A stretch of 64,000 nucleotides of DNA from Octopus bimaculoides. Its lineage: Eukaryota. This document shows positions 40,126 to 51,595 of this stretch, piece by piece. Position numbers and translations under genes: made by a program. The stretch spans positions 4,425,765 through 4,489,764 of the forward strand of contig NC_068990.1 of NCBI RefSeq assembly GCF_001194135.2, in the 5' to 3' direction. Every line of letters begins with the position of its first letter. Position 1 is the stretch's first letter. Below the pieces are notes generated by a model. That model did no database searches. It was not told where the DNA came from and saw only the letters and a program-made list of their open reading frames with translations.

Positions 40126-40139
40126 GTATTTACCTTTGC

Positions 40140-40400
40140 TCTTATCTTAACCATACATCAGTGCTTTCCTCTATATTTTAACCATGTAGCCACAATTATG
40201 CCCATATTTTAAACACATAGCCTGCATTTATCCATTTCTTGGACTCACAGCCATATCTTCATCCATATTTTAAGCATACAGCCATGCTTTTACCTGTCTT
40301 GAACCACACAGCTATGGCCTCACCATGTAACTTTGGTTTTTTAACCTCATATCTAAGCTTACCTTGATATCTTAACCACACATACATTCCTTCATCCATG
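40140..40400. repeat. Degenerate minisatellite with a unit of about 30 bp
   Basis: Units such as atattttaaccatgtagccacaattatgccc / atattttaaacacatagcctgcatttatcc / atattttaagcatacagccatgcttttacc. Confidence 0.65.
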
Positions 40401-40581
40401 TCAAAACTATAGAGCTATGGTTGAATCTATAAAAGCTGATGATGATAAAGTGTTCACTATAAAAATAACTGGTTAAATATATTAAATGTATACAGTTAAA
40501 TGTATTAAATGTATACAGAGATGAGGAATTATTTTCATTATTTACATTTGACGGATATTTGTCCTCATTTTGTTTGTTGTT

Positions 40582-40627
40582 AACACAACATTTCAGCTGA
40601 TATACCCTCCAGCCTTCATCAACTGTC
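40582..40627 (-). ncRNA. Minimal type I hammerhead ribozyme relic, left arm
   Basis: GACA(g)-(t)TGATGA-A-GGCTG/gagggtatat/CAGC(t)-GAAA-(t)G-TT-GTGTT. Confidence 0.65.
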
Positions 40628-40676
40628 TTGGGGAATTTTCGAACCTGGGTTCTCTCATTCCTAAGGCATTTTCCGA

Positions 40677-40732
<56 letters not shown>

Positions 40733-40941
40733 TCACTGCCTAGAATCGAACTCAGAATCTTGGGGTTAGTAGCCCATGCTCTTAATCACTATGCTATGGG
40801 CATATGGCGTAGTGGTTAAGAGCGCAGGCTACTAACCCAAAGATTCCGAGTTCGATTTCAGGCAGTGACCTGAATAATAGTAATAATAATAACACCAAAA
40901 AATACTTTAGGAATGAGAACCCATGTTCGAAAATTCCCCAA

Positions 40942-40987
40942 GACACCTGATGTAGGCTGGAGGGTATATCAGCCGAAACATTGTGTT
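40942..40987 (+). ncRNA. Minimal type I hammerhead ribozyme relic, right arm
   Basis: GACAC-CTGATG(t)-A-GGCTG/gagggtatat/CAGCC-GAAA-C(a)-TT-GTGTT. Stems I and II pair; two core substitutions. Confidence 0.7.
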
Positions 40988-41339
40988 AACAACAAACAAG
41001 ATGAGGACAAATATCCATCAAATGTAAATAATGTATTAATATATTTTATAAATAATAAAATGAAAGGAATTACAGCAATAGTCAAAGATGATGAAACCGT
41101 GTCATTTCTTTTGACTAAAAGCAATGAGTAAATCATAGGGATATTTTTAACATTTGAAAATGATTGAAGAGTAAAGTTTAGTGAACTAAAAGTGGTAAAC
41201 ATTTTTAATGTGAAAATAGTAACTCAAAAAGGTATCTTTCACTCATTATTACTAATTTAGTTAATGGCAGTGAAGATAATGAGAAAGTAGAAAACTGAAG
41301 TAAATATTCTGCAAAAGGCATACTGACAACATTTTCAGA

Positions 41340-41485
41340 GACATTTCCATTGTGAGTTCAACTCCTGCTGTTGTTAACTTTGTGTTGTTCTTGAAGAGTT
41401 GATAGAATAAGGTACCAGCCAAGTATTGGGTCAAATTAACTGACTGCATCCCTTCCCAAAATCTGTCACCCTAGGCCAATATTAG
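41340..41485 (+). mobile_element. Degenerate SINE family B
   Basis: gagttcaactcctgctgttgttaactttgtg...gatagaataaggtaccag. Confidence 0.55.
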
Positions 41486-42369
41486 AAGTCAATTGTCAGA
41501 GAAGTTTCATTCCATCGATAGAGAAGCTGCATTCCATCATAAACTAATCTATCACCTTACTCAGTTTACATTACAGTTTTTTTGTTTTTTTTGCTACTGT
41601 AAAGCAAATTTTATACAAATTCTGTCATGATACACAGTTCTTAGATTTCTTGTTTTGGCATTTAATACAAGCATAAATTTAAATTAGTAACAATTGTATT
41701 AATTTAATCTTAATAAATTATTAACAGATTTATAATATTCTTTGCTGCAGTTTTCAGATTAGTCAATTGTACATTAAGCTTATATATGAAGATTTATTAA
41801 ACAACACATTCAATTTCTCAACTAGTTCTCATTTAGAAAATATTTCCCTCTAAATAATGATAAAAAGTTTACACAATTTTTCAATTGTCTTTCTATAACA
41901 AGTAGCAAATTTTTCAAATCTTTAGTTACAAGAAAATCTCAAGCTGGATGAGAATATATATTTGTAATACCCAACTATTAAAAACCGATATTTAGCTTTC
42001 TAAATACTCTGTGATGAAGTTCTGCTGAGGTTAAATTTGTCTTTTATCATTCCTTCTTATATATAATAAGGAGTAGTTGATACTCCATTATAAATATGAT
42101 AAATTTGCTAAAAAATTATAATAGAGTATCCTGTATGTTGAAAACCTATATGGTCTTATGCATCCGAGGAAGGCAGTGTATTTCAAACTGATGTAATGCT
42201 TGCATTGATTGATTAAATGGAGCCACCTTAAATGGCTGTAATGCACCAATACCTTGACATCCTTGTTATTTATTTGCTTTTTATTCACCTTACTTTGAGC
42301 TGTGCAGATAATACCAGACTGACTTGGCGCCTCAAGTTAAATACCTAATTGAAATGAATTTTAATTCTT

Positions 42370-42419
42370 AAACCCATGCTAGCATGGAAGGCGGATGTTA
42401 AACGATGATGATGATGATG

Positions 42420-42487
<68 letters not shown>

Positions 42488-42515
42488 TACATATACATAT
42501 ATATTTATATATATA
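42370..42515 (+). mobile_element. RTE 3' tip with (GAT)n, followed by (AT)n
   Basis: aacccatgctagcatggaaggcggatgttaaacgatgatg. Confidence 0.85.
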
Positions 42516-42932
42516 TAGTCTCTTTCTTAGTTTAAAAAATCCCAGGGCAGTGATGGAAGCTGAACCCATACTTCCAGCAAGACAAGTGAAATTACAAATT
42601 TTAATTTAGTTGATTAAACTTTTTCCTTATTAAATTGACTATGTAAAAAAAAAAAGAATAAAGAATATATATTAATGTTGGTAATTTTAGACTGTTTTGT
42701 TGTAAAATTTAAAATATCTTGACTAAAATCTTATTAAAATTTCATATTTCCAAATTTTTACTATCATTCGTAAACATCAAAACTTACGGCTGTTTAGGCT
42801 ATGGTAGATGTGGCTTGGTTCACTTTTCTCCATGTAAGACTCTTTACCCCACATAAAATGAACTATCATTTGTATCTACATTGCATTTGGGCAATACTAT
42901 AAAAAGACATTAAAAAGTTTCTTTTATACAAG

Positions 42933-43262
42933 ATACCGGTGGCATGTAAAAAGCACCATTCAGGCGTGGTCGATGCCAGTGCCAGCTGACTGGTCCCACG
43001 CTGGTGGCACGTAAAAAGCACCATTCAGGCGTGGTTGATGCCAGTACTGCCTGACTGGCCCTCATGCTGATGGCACATAGAAAGCATCCACTACACTCTC
43101 GGAGTGGTTGGCATTAGGAAGGGCATCCAGCTGTAGAAACTTTGCTAGATTGGATTAGAGCCCGGTACAGCCTTCTGGTTTGCCAGCCTCCAGTCAAACC
43201 GTCCAATCCATGCCAGCACGGAAAGCAGACGTTAAACGGTGGTGATGATGGTGATGATGAAG
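42933..43262 (+). mobile_element. RTE 3' UTR fragment with about 3 repeat units
   Basis: Matches the 9560-9950 region. Confidence 0.9.
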
Positions 43263-46200
43263 ATACCTATTTGTCTATATTCTTCCCTCAGATAGTCTTC
43301 CTGTATTAGAAAAGAATATCTATCTATATTTCAGCTAAGAACACTCTACTCCATTTAATGCTTTTGACAAAATTAGAATCTTTAGTTATGAGTTCAATAA
43401 ATGAATTTTTTGCTTATTTTCCATCATATTATCGTATTCTGATAAGTTGGTTTTAACATAAACACCTGCATATATTTCAAATTTTTTACTTAATTTACAA
43501 GAGTTGGCTAGTTCAAGAACATTTGTCGCATATCAATTTTTTGTTAATCACAGTTTCTCTCTTACATTAACCACACATGCTTCTAACATATATTTGACTC
43601 TGTTTCCTAACATCTGTCATATTTTATTATTGTTCTTTTGTTCTGATTAAATGTTATTGGTCCTTATACATCAGATGATAAACAGTATGAGTGCCAATAT
43701 TATGCGCAGAAAATCTGACCAAACTATGTTGATAATGATAAGAATTAATATTAATTATTCTTGCTAGCAAAAATGGATAGGTTTTGTAAATTTGTTCAGT
43801 AATGTTTCACCAATTGCTTTTATTACTAGATGGTTTTCATACTACACCTACTCAGCTATGGAAGAGGAATATAACCATTAGTTACATAGGCCAATTGAAT
43901 CTCTGTGATTCAAAACGAAAGAATACATTTCCTGACTTATGAAATTACAATTAAGATTTATCTGTTGTTATTTAAACTAACATTACTGCAATTGATTTTA
44001 TTCAGGAAAAATAGTTTTGTTTGTACTTCCTACATTTTTTAGAAGATGATTATTTGGTTGAATTTAAAACCATGTTTTGTATACCTTACTGTACATTTGA
44101 AAATTAAATAAAAGCAATTTAAAAGAGTATTGTATTTTGCTTGAAGCATTGTAATGTATAAATGATTTAAATATTACAAAACCCTTTAAGCAATGCAGAT
44201 GAGGAGTTGTAAAGTGATGCCAATGAATAAAAACAAAAACAACATATTGTATTATCTTACATAGGTTGTCTAATGCCTTTATTATACTTTGGGAAATTTA
44301 GTGATATTTCATCTTTTAAAGATGGCAAAACTTCTAAGCTGAATGTCATGCCCATAATAACCCTCTATCTTTGAACTCTTGTATTAAGTACTGGGGCCAA
44401 TTCATTCAACTAAAATAATTCTTTAAGGTGTGCCCCAGCATGACCCCAGTCTAATGACTGACACAAGTAAAAGATAATATATATATATATGATTTGTATT
44501 TTGAAAGGTAAACTGAAAAGTTTAGAATAGCGTTCACTGTAACCATAAATAAAACTGGTGTTTGTCAGTTAAATATTAAAGAATTCCTTAAATGCATTTC
44601 AAATTAGTGTAGAAAAATCCAATCAGTAAAAAAGTAAGTTGTTGGAATAGTAAAAATTAAGTTCTTAGGAATACAAATAAAGAAGGAGCTTTGGAGACAA
44701 TATCCAAAGATATATCATGGCTAATATATAACCCATTTCTTTAGTTCTCTCAGGAATTAACAATGACTCTTAATTAAATTTGACCTGGGTCATGAAAAAT
44801 CACCTTCAAAATGAAAGGATTTTATTTGGAACTTTAAGGTAGAGAACTATTTTGTGAAGGATGACAATAATACTAATTTTCCTGAGAGGGTGAAGTAATT
44901 TTTATCCTTATGTTAGGTGTAGAGGCTAATGAAAAGAGTTAATTTTATTGATTTTTATAGTATACATATTCTAGCATTTTGATTAATACATATCTACTGT
45001 TTCTTGAATTCTTTACCTTTCAAGGAAAGGAATTGTGAAATACAATATATTATTGTTTCCATCCAAACATTAATTGCTAAAACTTTGAACATTTTTCAGT
45101 CAGAAATTTATTTCAGCTATTAATCTTCACAAAGGCTTTTATAAGTGACAGTTTGAATCTAGATGTGTCTGTTTGTCTGTGACAATTGTGACTGGATTAT
45201 ATATACAATAGGATTTCCTTGGCAGATTAAAAACATAATTTTTGCTTTCATCAGCACAATTGATTCTTTATTGAAAACATTGGCATTTCCATTTGTTTCT
45301 TTCTTAAATTCAACATTGTATGTGATGGATAAACTTTTCACCTCTTTTTACATTTTTTGAATGATTAACAGTTTTAAAGATTTCATCTAAAGAGCAACAA
45401 GTAGCTTACTATCTTATGTAGTTATGATTGGAACAAACAATGGTCCACAACATATTAAAGTGAAAGTTCTCACACTAGCTCTAGGCCTAATAGAGATTAA
45501 ATCACCCAAGCCTTATTATAGCTTTATGACATTTTCAGTCTTAGTGTTATTAAATAGATTAATCTGTATGTTCATCGACTGAGTTATTGATTTTTTTTTT
45601 AATGTTCAGATTAAATATGAAGTGTTTTTATGTTGCTTTCATAGAGAAAGCTTCACAAAAGACTTTTAGCCAAACAAAAACTTCCCAAAATAGCCACATT
45701 CCTAGATCATTACATGTATTTTCAACATTTCAAACATAATTTTGGTTTCTGTAGTTTTGTTCAGACAAAGTTTATATTTAAACTTTATGAAATTGATTAA
45801 ATTTGCAAGAAGCCATCCACTTCTTTACTAAATCAGTACTCCTACATATTTTCTAGGGTGATAGTTCATGGTAATCAGAGAAGTTTCAATCTGTCAATTA
45901 TTAATTGAATACTTTAAAACATACAAATCTGTCATAACACATCATTGTTTGAAAGTGTTTGTATTTAAAATTATTTACAACTGTATAATATTTAATCCTA
46001 AGAAATTTAAATGAACTATTAAATCATAAATGATTAAACATCTCTCCTTTCCCTCAGATCTTTCAATTACACTTTAAGCTTGTATATGAAGATTCACTGA
46101 ACAACCTAGTTGATTTCTCAACTAGTTCTCATTTAGATAATTTTTCTCTCAAAATAATAAAAAAATTCAACAATTTCTCATTTATTTCCACATAACAAAC

Positions 46201-47699
46201 AGGAAATTTATTAGCTGCCTGAAAAGTTAAATTTGACAAAACAAATAAAATATATAACTATAGATAAGACAGAATGATCATTCATTAGTTTCTGCCAAAC
46301 TTTTGTAAGAATTATAAAATTTACTTAAAGAATTTATATTCTGCTGATAGCATATTTCAAATAATACTTTCACTGAAAATACTTGATGTCATCATACATA
46401 AGAAAAAAAAAAAAAATCCACAAAATTGAATATTATGCTATCAATAATTTGAAAATAGTAATTTAATAAGAAATGTAATACAGAAGTTTCTTTTGTTAGC
46501 TTACAACAACACATTTGTAGTTTTCTCTTTTCCTAACTAATATAATCAAGTGTTCTTCAATTGCAATGCTTTTGTATGAACATTGCTCGAGCATTATACT
46601 TAATAAGCAGTTCTAATGGTATTTCTCAAAGTATCTGTTTATCAATTCAATATTGACAATGGACTCTGTAGGTTTACAGACATGCATGTTACTAGATTTC
46701 AGTAAATAGTTTTGTATTCTTACCAACTTCCTTTGTTCCTCTTATAAACAGCAACATAACAGATGCGACAATCTTTTTTTAAACCTCCTTCACTAAAGAG
46801 ATACTACTAATTCACAGATATGAGGCATTAGAATTCATAGCATTCATACAATTCCTTTTGAGTGTCTGAATGATCTTTGAGCATTTCTCATCTCATTGGA
46901 ATGGACAGGTTATTGTAACAGCTTAATCCAATTTCAATGCCACATCCTATATATTTCTAGGATATTCTAAAGGAATTCTTTCAGATAAGGAGCCAGAAAC
47001 GTAGCTATATATTAAATAAGACTCCAGTTGGTTGTTGTAATGCTCCATGAAATAACATTTTGCCACTAGCATCAAGATGAGTGACAAGTGAATATTCAAA
47101 TGCAACTATGTTTTCTTGCACATATATAAAAAACACCAACAAAATTGCATGTTTAAACATATATAATAAGCCAAGAATGCTGTCATAATTGGTATATTCT
47201 TTTCCAAAAGTCTAACAAAAATTTTGTAGAACTACTGTCAGAATCATAAACAAGCCTAAAGTTGAATATATTCAATAACTGAAATAGCAAGATCTGCTAA
47301 AGATAAAGATAAAATTATTTCTTTTAGGTGAGAATAACACTATATTCATTTGGACTAGAGGTGTGGAATGATTGATCGATGTTTGAACTGTTTAGTCTAT
47401 TTTTTTCTGTAAAGCTTGCTTTTAATGTATGCATGTTGGATTTGTACTAGTATCTCAATGATTAGAGATTAGAGAACTTCTCAGCACCACCGTCACTTCC
47501 ACTGTTGCCACCACCATCACTTTTACTGCTGCACCACCAACACTACTACCTCTTGCAGTAACAACAAATGTTAGAAAAAATAGTTATGTGAGAAGGCTAT
47601 GGTTTAATTTTAAAAGTTGTAATCTTGAGTTGTAATTTTGTTGGTTAATCACTAGAAGATAATGTAAAAAATGTGCAGATTGAAATAGTGTCAGGAGAA

Positions 47700-48345
47700 T
47701 ATCGGTCTTGATATCAATAAATTAGAACATAATGTTGCATGGTTTACAAGCAATATATGTATAAAAGGTTTAAAGACAGCATATGGATTACCATGAAGTC
47801 CCTTGGAATGGATCCAGAGGACGTAGAAACCCTTGCCTAGGATTGAGCTGCATGGTGAACAAAAGTGTGGAGTGGAGTGAAGGTGGCTAAAGAAGCCAGA
47901 ATAATGCATGCAAGACTCAAGAGGGATTTAAAGAAGAATGTTATGATTGAGGTAAATCCCAATGATCTTTTTCTGTGTACAGTTTGTGATAGACCATGCC
48001 CTTCTTTTGCTGGGCTCAAATCTCATTTGTGAACCCATGGAAAATGAACCTCCACCAACTATTCTGCCTATATGTCTGTGCACACCTTTGAATGCAATGT
48101 ATGTCAGAAGGTCTGCAAATCTAATGGAGGCCCCAAAAAACATTTTAAAATCCACAGAGATCAGAACGTAACTGCAGCTCTTGGTGGTCCAAATCGGACA
48201 TGCAATCTATGTGGGTGTCTTTTCAAAACATTTTCTGGTTTAAAAAGCCACATCAGATGCCATGATGGTTCTAAGGTTTGGTACAAGAAGTGGTCAAACT
48301 CTGCATAAGGCGTAGACAACCACAATATATATATATATATATATC
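47700..48345 (+). mobile_element. RTE (BovB-like) LINE 3' end with three C2H2 zinc fingers; pseudogenised
   Basis: One frame: KRFKD...ETLA*D*AAW*TKV...CTVCDRPCPSFAGLKSHL*TH...CNVCQKVCKSNGGPKKHFKIH...CNLCGCLFKTFSGLKSHIRCH...*, followed by an (AT)n tail. Confidence 0.85.
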
Positions 48346-48369
48346 TGCCTGTCTATTTATCTACCATTG

Positions 48370-48890
48370 ATGAGCCTTGGCTATGGTAAAAAAATACTTG
48401 TCAAAGGTGTTATGCAGTAGGACTAAACCTACAATCATGTGGATAGGAAGTAAATTTCTGAATCACACACTTGTACCTGCATTGCTATATAAAAACATAT
48501 TCATATGTATATATGTACATATGTACCTATGAATGTGAATACATATGGTAATGTACTATATGACGGAGTATGTCTATCATGTATAATTTTACGCATATTC
48601 TGGATATGAATTTCTCAAAACAAGGTCACCAAAGAATCCTCATACATACAAAAGGTCAGATGATGTTTATACAACTGAATATGAGAAAATTCAAAAACTC
48701 TGAGCATAGGCATACATCAGTGTAGGTGTGAAGAGGTGTAGGTGTAGTTGGAAAACTTGCTTGCCTACCATGTGAGTTTGAGGTTAGTCAACTGCATGGT
48801 ACCTTGCTGGAATGTCTTATTGTTTAGCCCCAAATTGGCTAAAGCCTTGTGAGTGGATTTGCTAGATGGAAACTGAAAGAAATCTTGTGT
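48370..48890. mobile_element. Two divergent degenerate SINE family A heads (48370-48480 minus, 48730-48890 plus)
   Basis: Head and core motifs in opposite orientations. Confidence 0.65.
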
Positions 48891-49419
48891 ATATATGAAT
48901 ATGTATTAACTTTAGGTGCACAAGGTAGTGCTGAATAAAACTCATGCATGCACAATCATATTTAACATGTTTTAGTTCATTTGGATATAGGAAGACCTTT
49001 CACTATGAAAATAATCTTGGGAAAAAATCTGAACCAATGGAAGTGTGGAAACACAATGGGGTTTGCTGGATCAAAGGACATGTATTTCTTCATAGTTACA
49101 TATCATCAATTATGAATATTGAAGTGATTGATTACATCCCTTTAAGAACAGTTTTTCTTATATACGGCAAATATAATAGTACATTTGCTGACGTGCACAA
49201 AGCTTGGTCAGGCTGGAAATAATTAACTGGAAGCTTATAATGCAGTGATGAATGAAATATATGTATTTACAATCATATTTAACATGTTCATGTACACTTA
49301 GACGTGAGAAAACTAAGTACTGTAGATATGTACATGTATGTGTGTGTATGTGTGTATGTGTGCTTCTGACTTTGGATACTCTTCTCTTGACATCGCATGA
49401 TGATTTTTAAGTAAGGATC

Positions 49420-49620
49420 ACTGTCATACAAGTGATGCTGTTCATTTCCAATCTTTCATGAAAAATGTGTCTGTGCATGGGAAAAAGCACCTTGCCTGAA
49501 AACAGGTGTGAGTTGGTAACAGGAAGAGCATCTGGTCGTAGAAAAAACTGCCTCAACAAATTCTGTCTGACCCATGCAAGCATGAAAAAGTGCATGTTAA
49601 AAACAATGATGATGATGATT
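49420..49620 (+). mobile_element. RTE-related SINE/LINE tail variant with (GAT)n
   Basis: gttggtaacaggaagagcatctggtcgtagaaaa...cccatgcaagcatgaaaaagtgcatgttaaaaacaatgatgatg. Confidence 0.75.
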
Positions 49621-50292
49621 AAGTCAATAAGAATTTAGACAATCGGTTAAGATGTCATGAGTTAATCATCTTTTACTGGCACTGTTTCTGCTACAAAGAG
49701 TGACATGCCTTTGTTCTATATATCATGTAGTAAAACAGGTAAAAAGCAACAACAACAAAAAACAAAAGAAAAGCAGAAGAAAAAAGATGAATAAGAGTGA
49801 CTCTTTGGTAAAGCAGACATCTAACAGATGGAAACTGATAGACATTAAAGTGGTTGACAATACAGTTTGACCTTACTTAAATGAGAAATAAATTACTAAA
49901 GAGAAAATGAAATTTCTATTTTATTGCTGAAGGATATTGATTTCATTTGTTAGGTGTGAGTATATTTCATCAAATTATTTCTTCTTTGTTTACTGGTTTT
50001 TCAACAGAATGGGAAACAACGTAATAAATTCAACTTAACCTTTTCAGACTTTCTTTGTTGGACATATGAAAGAATTACTTTGAATAATATTTCATAAAGT
50101 GACATCTTCTTATTCTTATTCAATCAGTGTCATTTGGAATAGCCATCAAACACAAAACATAGCTATTGGAGCAGCATAAAAGTACAAATTTAGGCAGACA
50201 AAATTTTCTCTTATTTTTTTAACATTTGTCATTTGTATTTTAATTTCTATATGGAATGTCTGCTGGTCTTGTTTTCCAGGATGGAATAAATG

Positions 50293-50334
<42 letters not shown>

Positions 50335-51070
50335 ACACACACACATATATATCATATAAATATATGTGTGTGTGTGTGTGTGTCTATATATATTTATATG
50401 TGTGTGTGTATCAACTGACTGTTTTGATTGTTTTTAACCTATTTTACAATATTTCTTTGAAACAATCAATTTATGAATATGATTGTAAATGCATTTAAAT
50501 CTGTTTAATCTAGAATTTTGCAGGAATTTCACAACACTGAATCATTTTTCTAACTTGGATTAAAGAGAAAAGAGATTTTAATATTGAAAGCGGGTACAGA
50601 TGTAGAGACAAGGATACAATTCTAATTCATATTATTATTATTATTGTAATTGTTATTATTTCTTTTGTTGCTGTTGTTGTTGTTCCAAACCGGAATACCT
50701 GAAAGTAGCAGCATTTTCAGTGATAACATAGTATTATAAAAAATATACTCTGCACTATGAGAAGACACTTAATAATCCAATCTTTTACATGAAATACAAA
50801 AGGCCATTGTTCATTAACTCCCAGGGCTGTTCTGAACAAAGCATTTTATCGCAATCAAAAGCATTCCAAACATGTTTCTAGTAAAAACCCACATATTTCA
50901 TAGAACATTCTCTACAGGTTAACTCAAATTAAAATATATACTGCATTTATTGCATGAATCTTGTTAATGCTTTAAATTTGTTCTGTGAATATGTTATCCT
51001 AAACATTCTTTTGTCATATCTCTAGATGAACTCATAACAATTAGAAACAATGAATAACAATTACAACTAC

Positions 51071-51134
<64 letters not shown>

Positions 51135-51595
51135 GATCTAGCAAATATAGAGATCTAGCAAATATAAAGATCTTGAAATAGAAATTAGCAAAATGTGGAA
51201 TCTGAAGACGAAAACAATACCTATTGTCATAGGTGCCCTGGGAATGACAGCGAAACGGGCTGATTACTACCTAGCTCAGATACCAGGAAACCCCAAAATG
51301 GCTGAAGTTCAAAAGATAGTGCTCATGGGAACTGCCCATATCCTACGTAAAATACTGTCTATGTGATCTCAAATTTTAAGCAAACACATAATTTTCTTAT
51401 GGTTTCTTAAACATTCTCTAGAACAAAACTGTACAAATCCAAATATATGGTACCCTAGGCATAACACCTACATGAACTTCTAACTTGTTGTCTCTTGAGG
51501 TCTCTGGGTGAGACTTGGATCCAACTTGTACAAATGCAAAACAAAAGTCAAACATAAAATAATAATAATGATAATAATAAAAATAATAATCACAA
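51071..51595 (+). mobile_element. 5'-truncated R4/Dong LINE in an (AAT)n microsatellite
   Basis: Intact C-terminal frame KYKDLEIEISKMWNLKTKTIPIVIGALG...VQKIVLMGTAHILRKILSM* (stop at 51364-51366), typical of the R4/Dong restriction-like endonuclease end. AAT tracts on both sides. Confidence 0.9.

Larger units (their letters stand above)
40515..41033. mobile_element. Head-to-head inverted pair of tRNA-headed SINEs, each with an (AAT)n spacer and a Penelope-like tail
   Basis: 40536-40798 is the reverse complement of 40803-41033. Head tggcgtagtggttaag (A box) ... gagttcgatttc (B box). Confidence 0.9.

Noticed and set aside
40799-40872. Apparent tRNA gene (A and B boxes, anticodon-like arm)
   Set aside because: No proper acceptor stem, and it runs directly into the SINE body in both arms. 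It is a SINE head.
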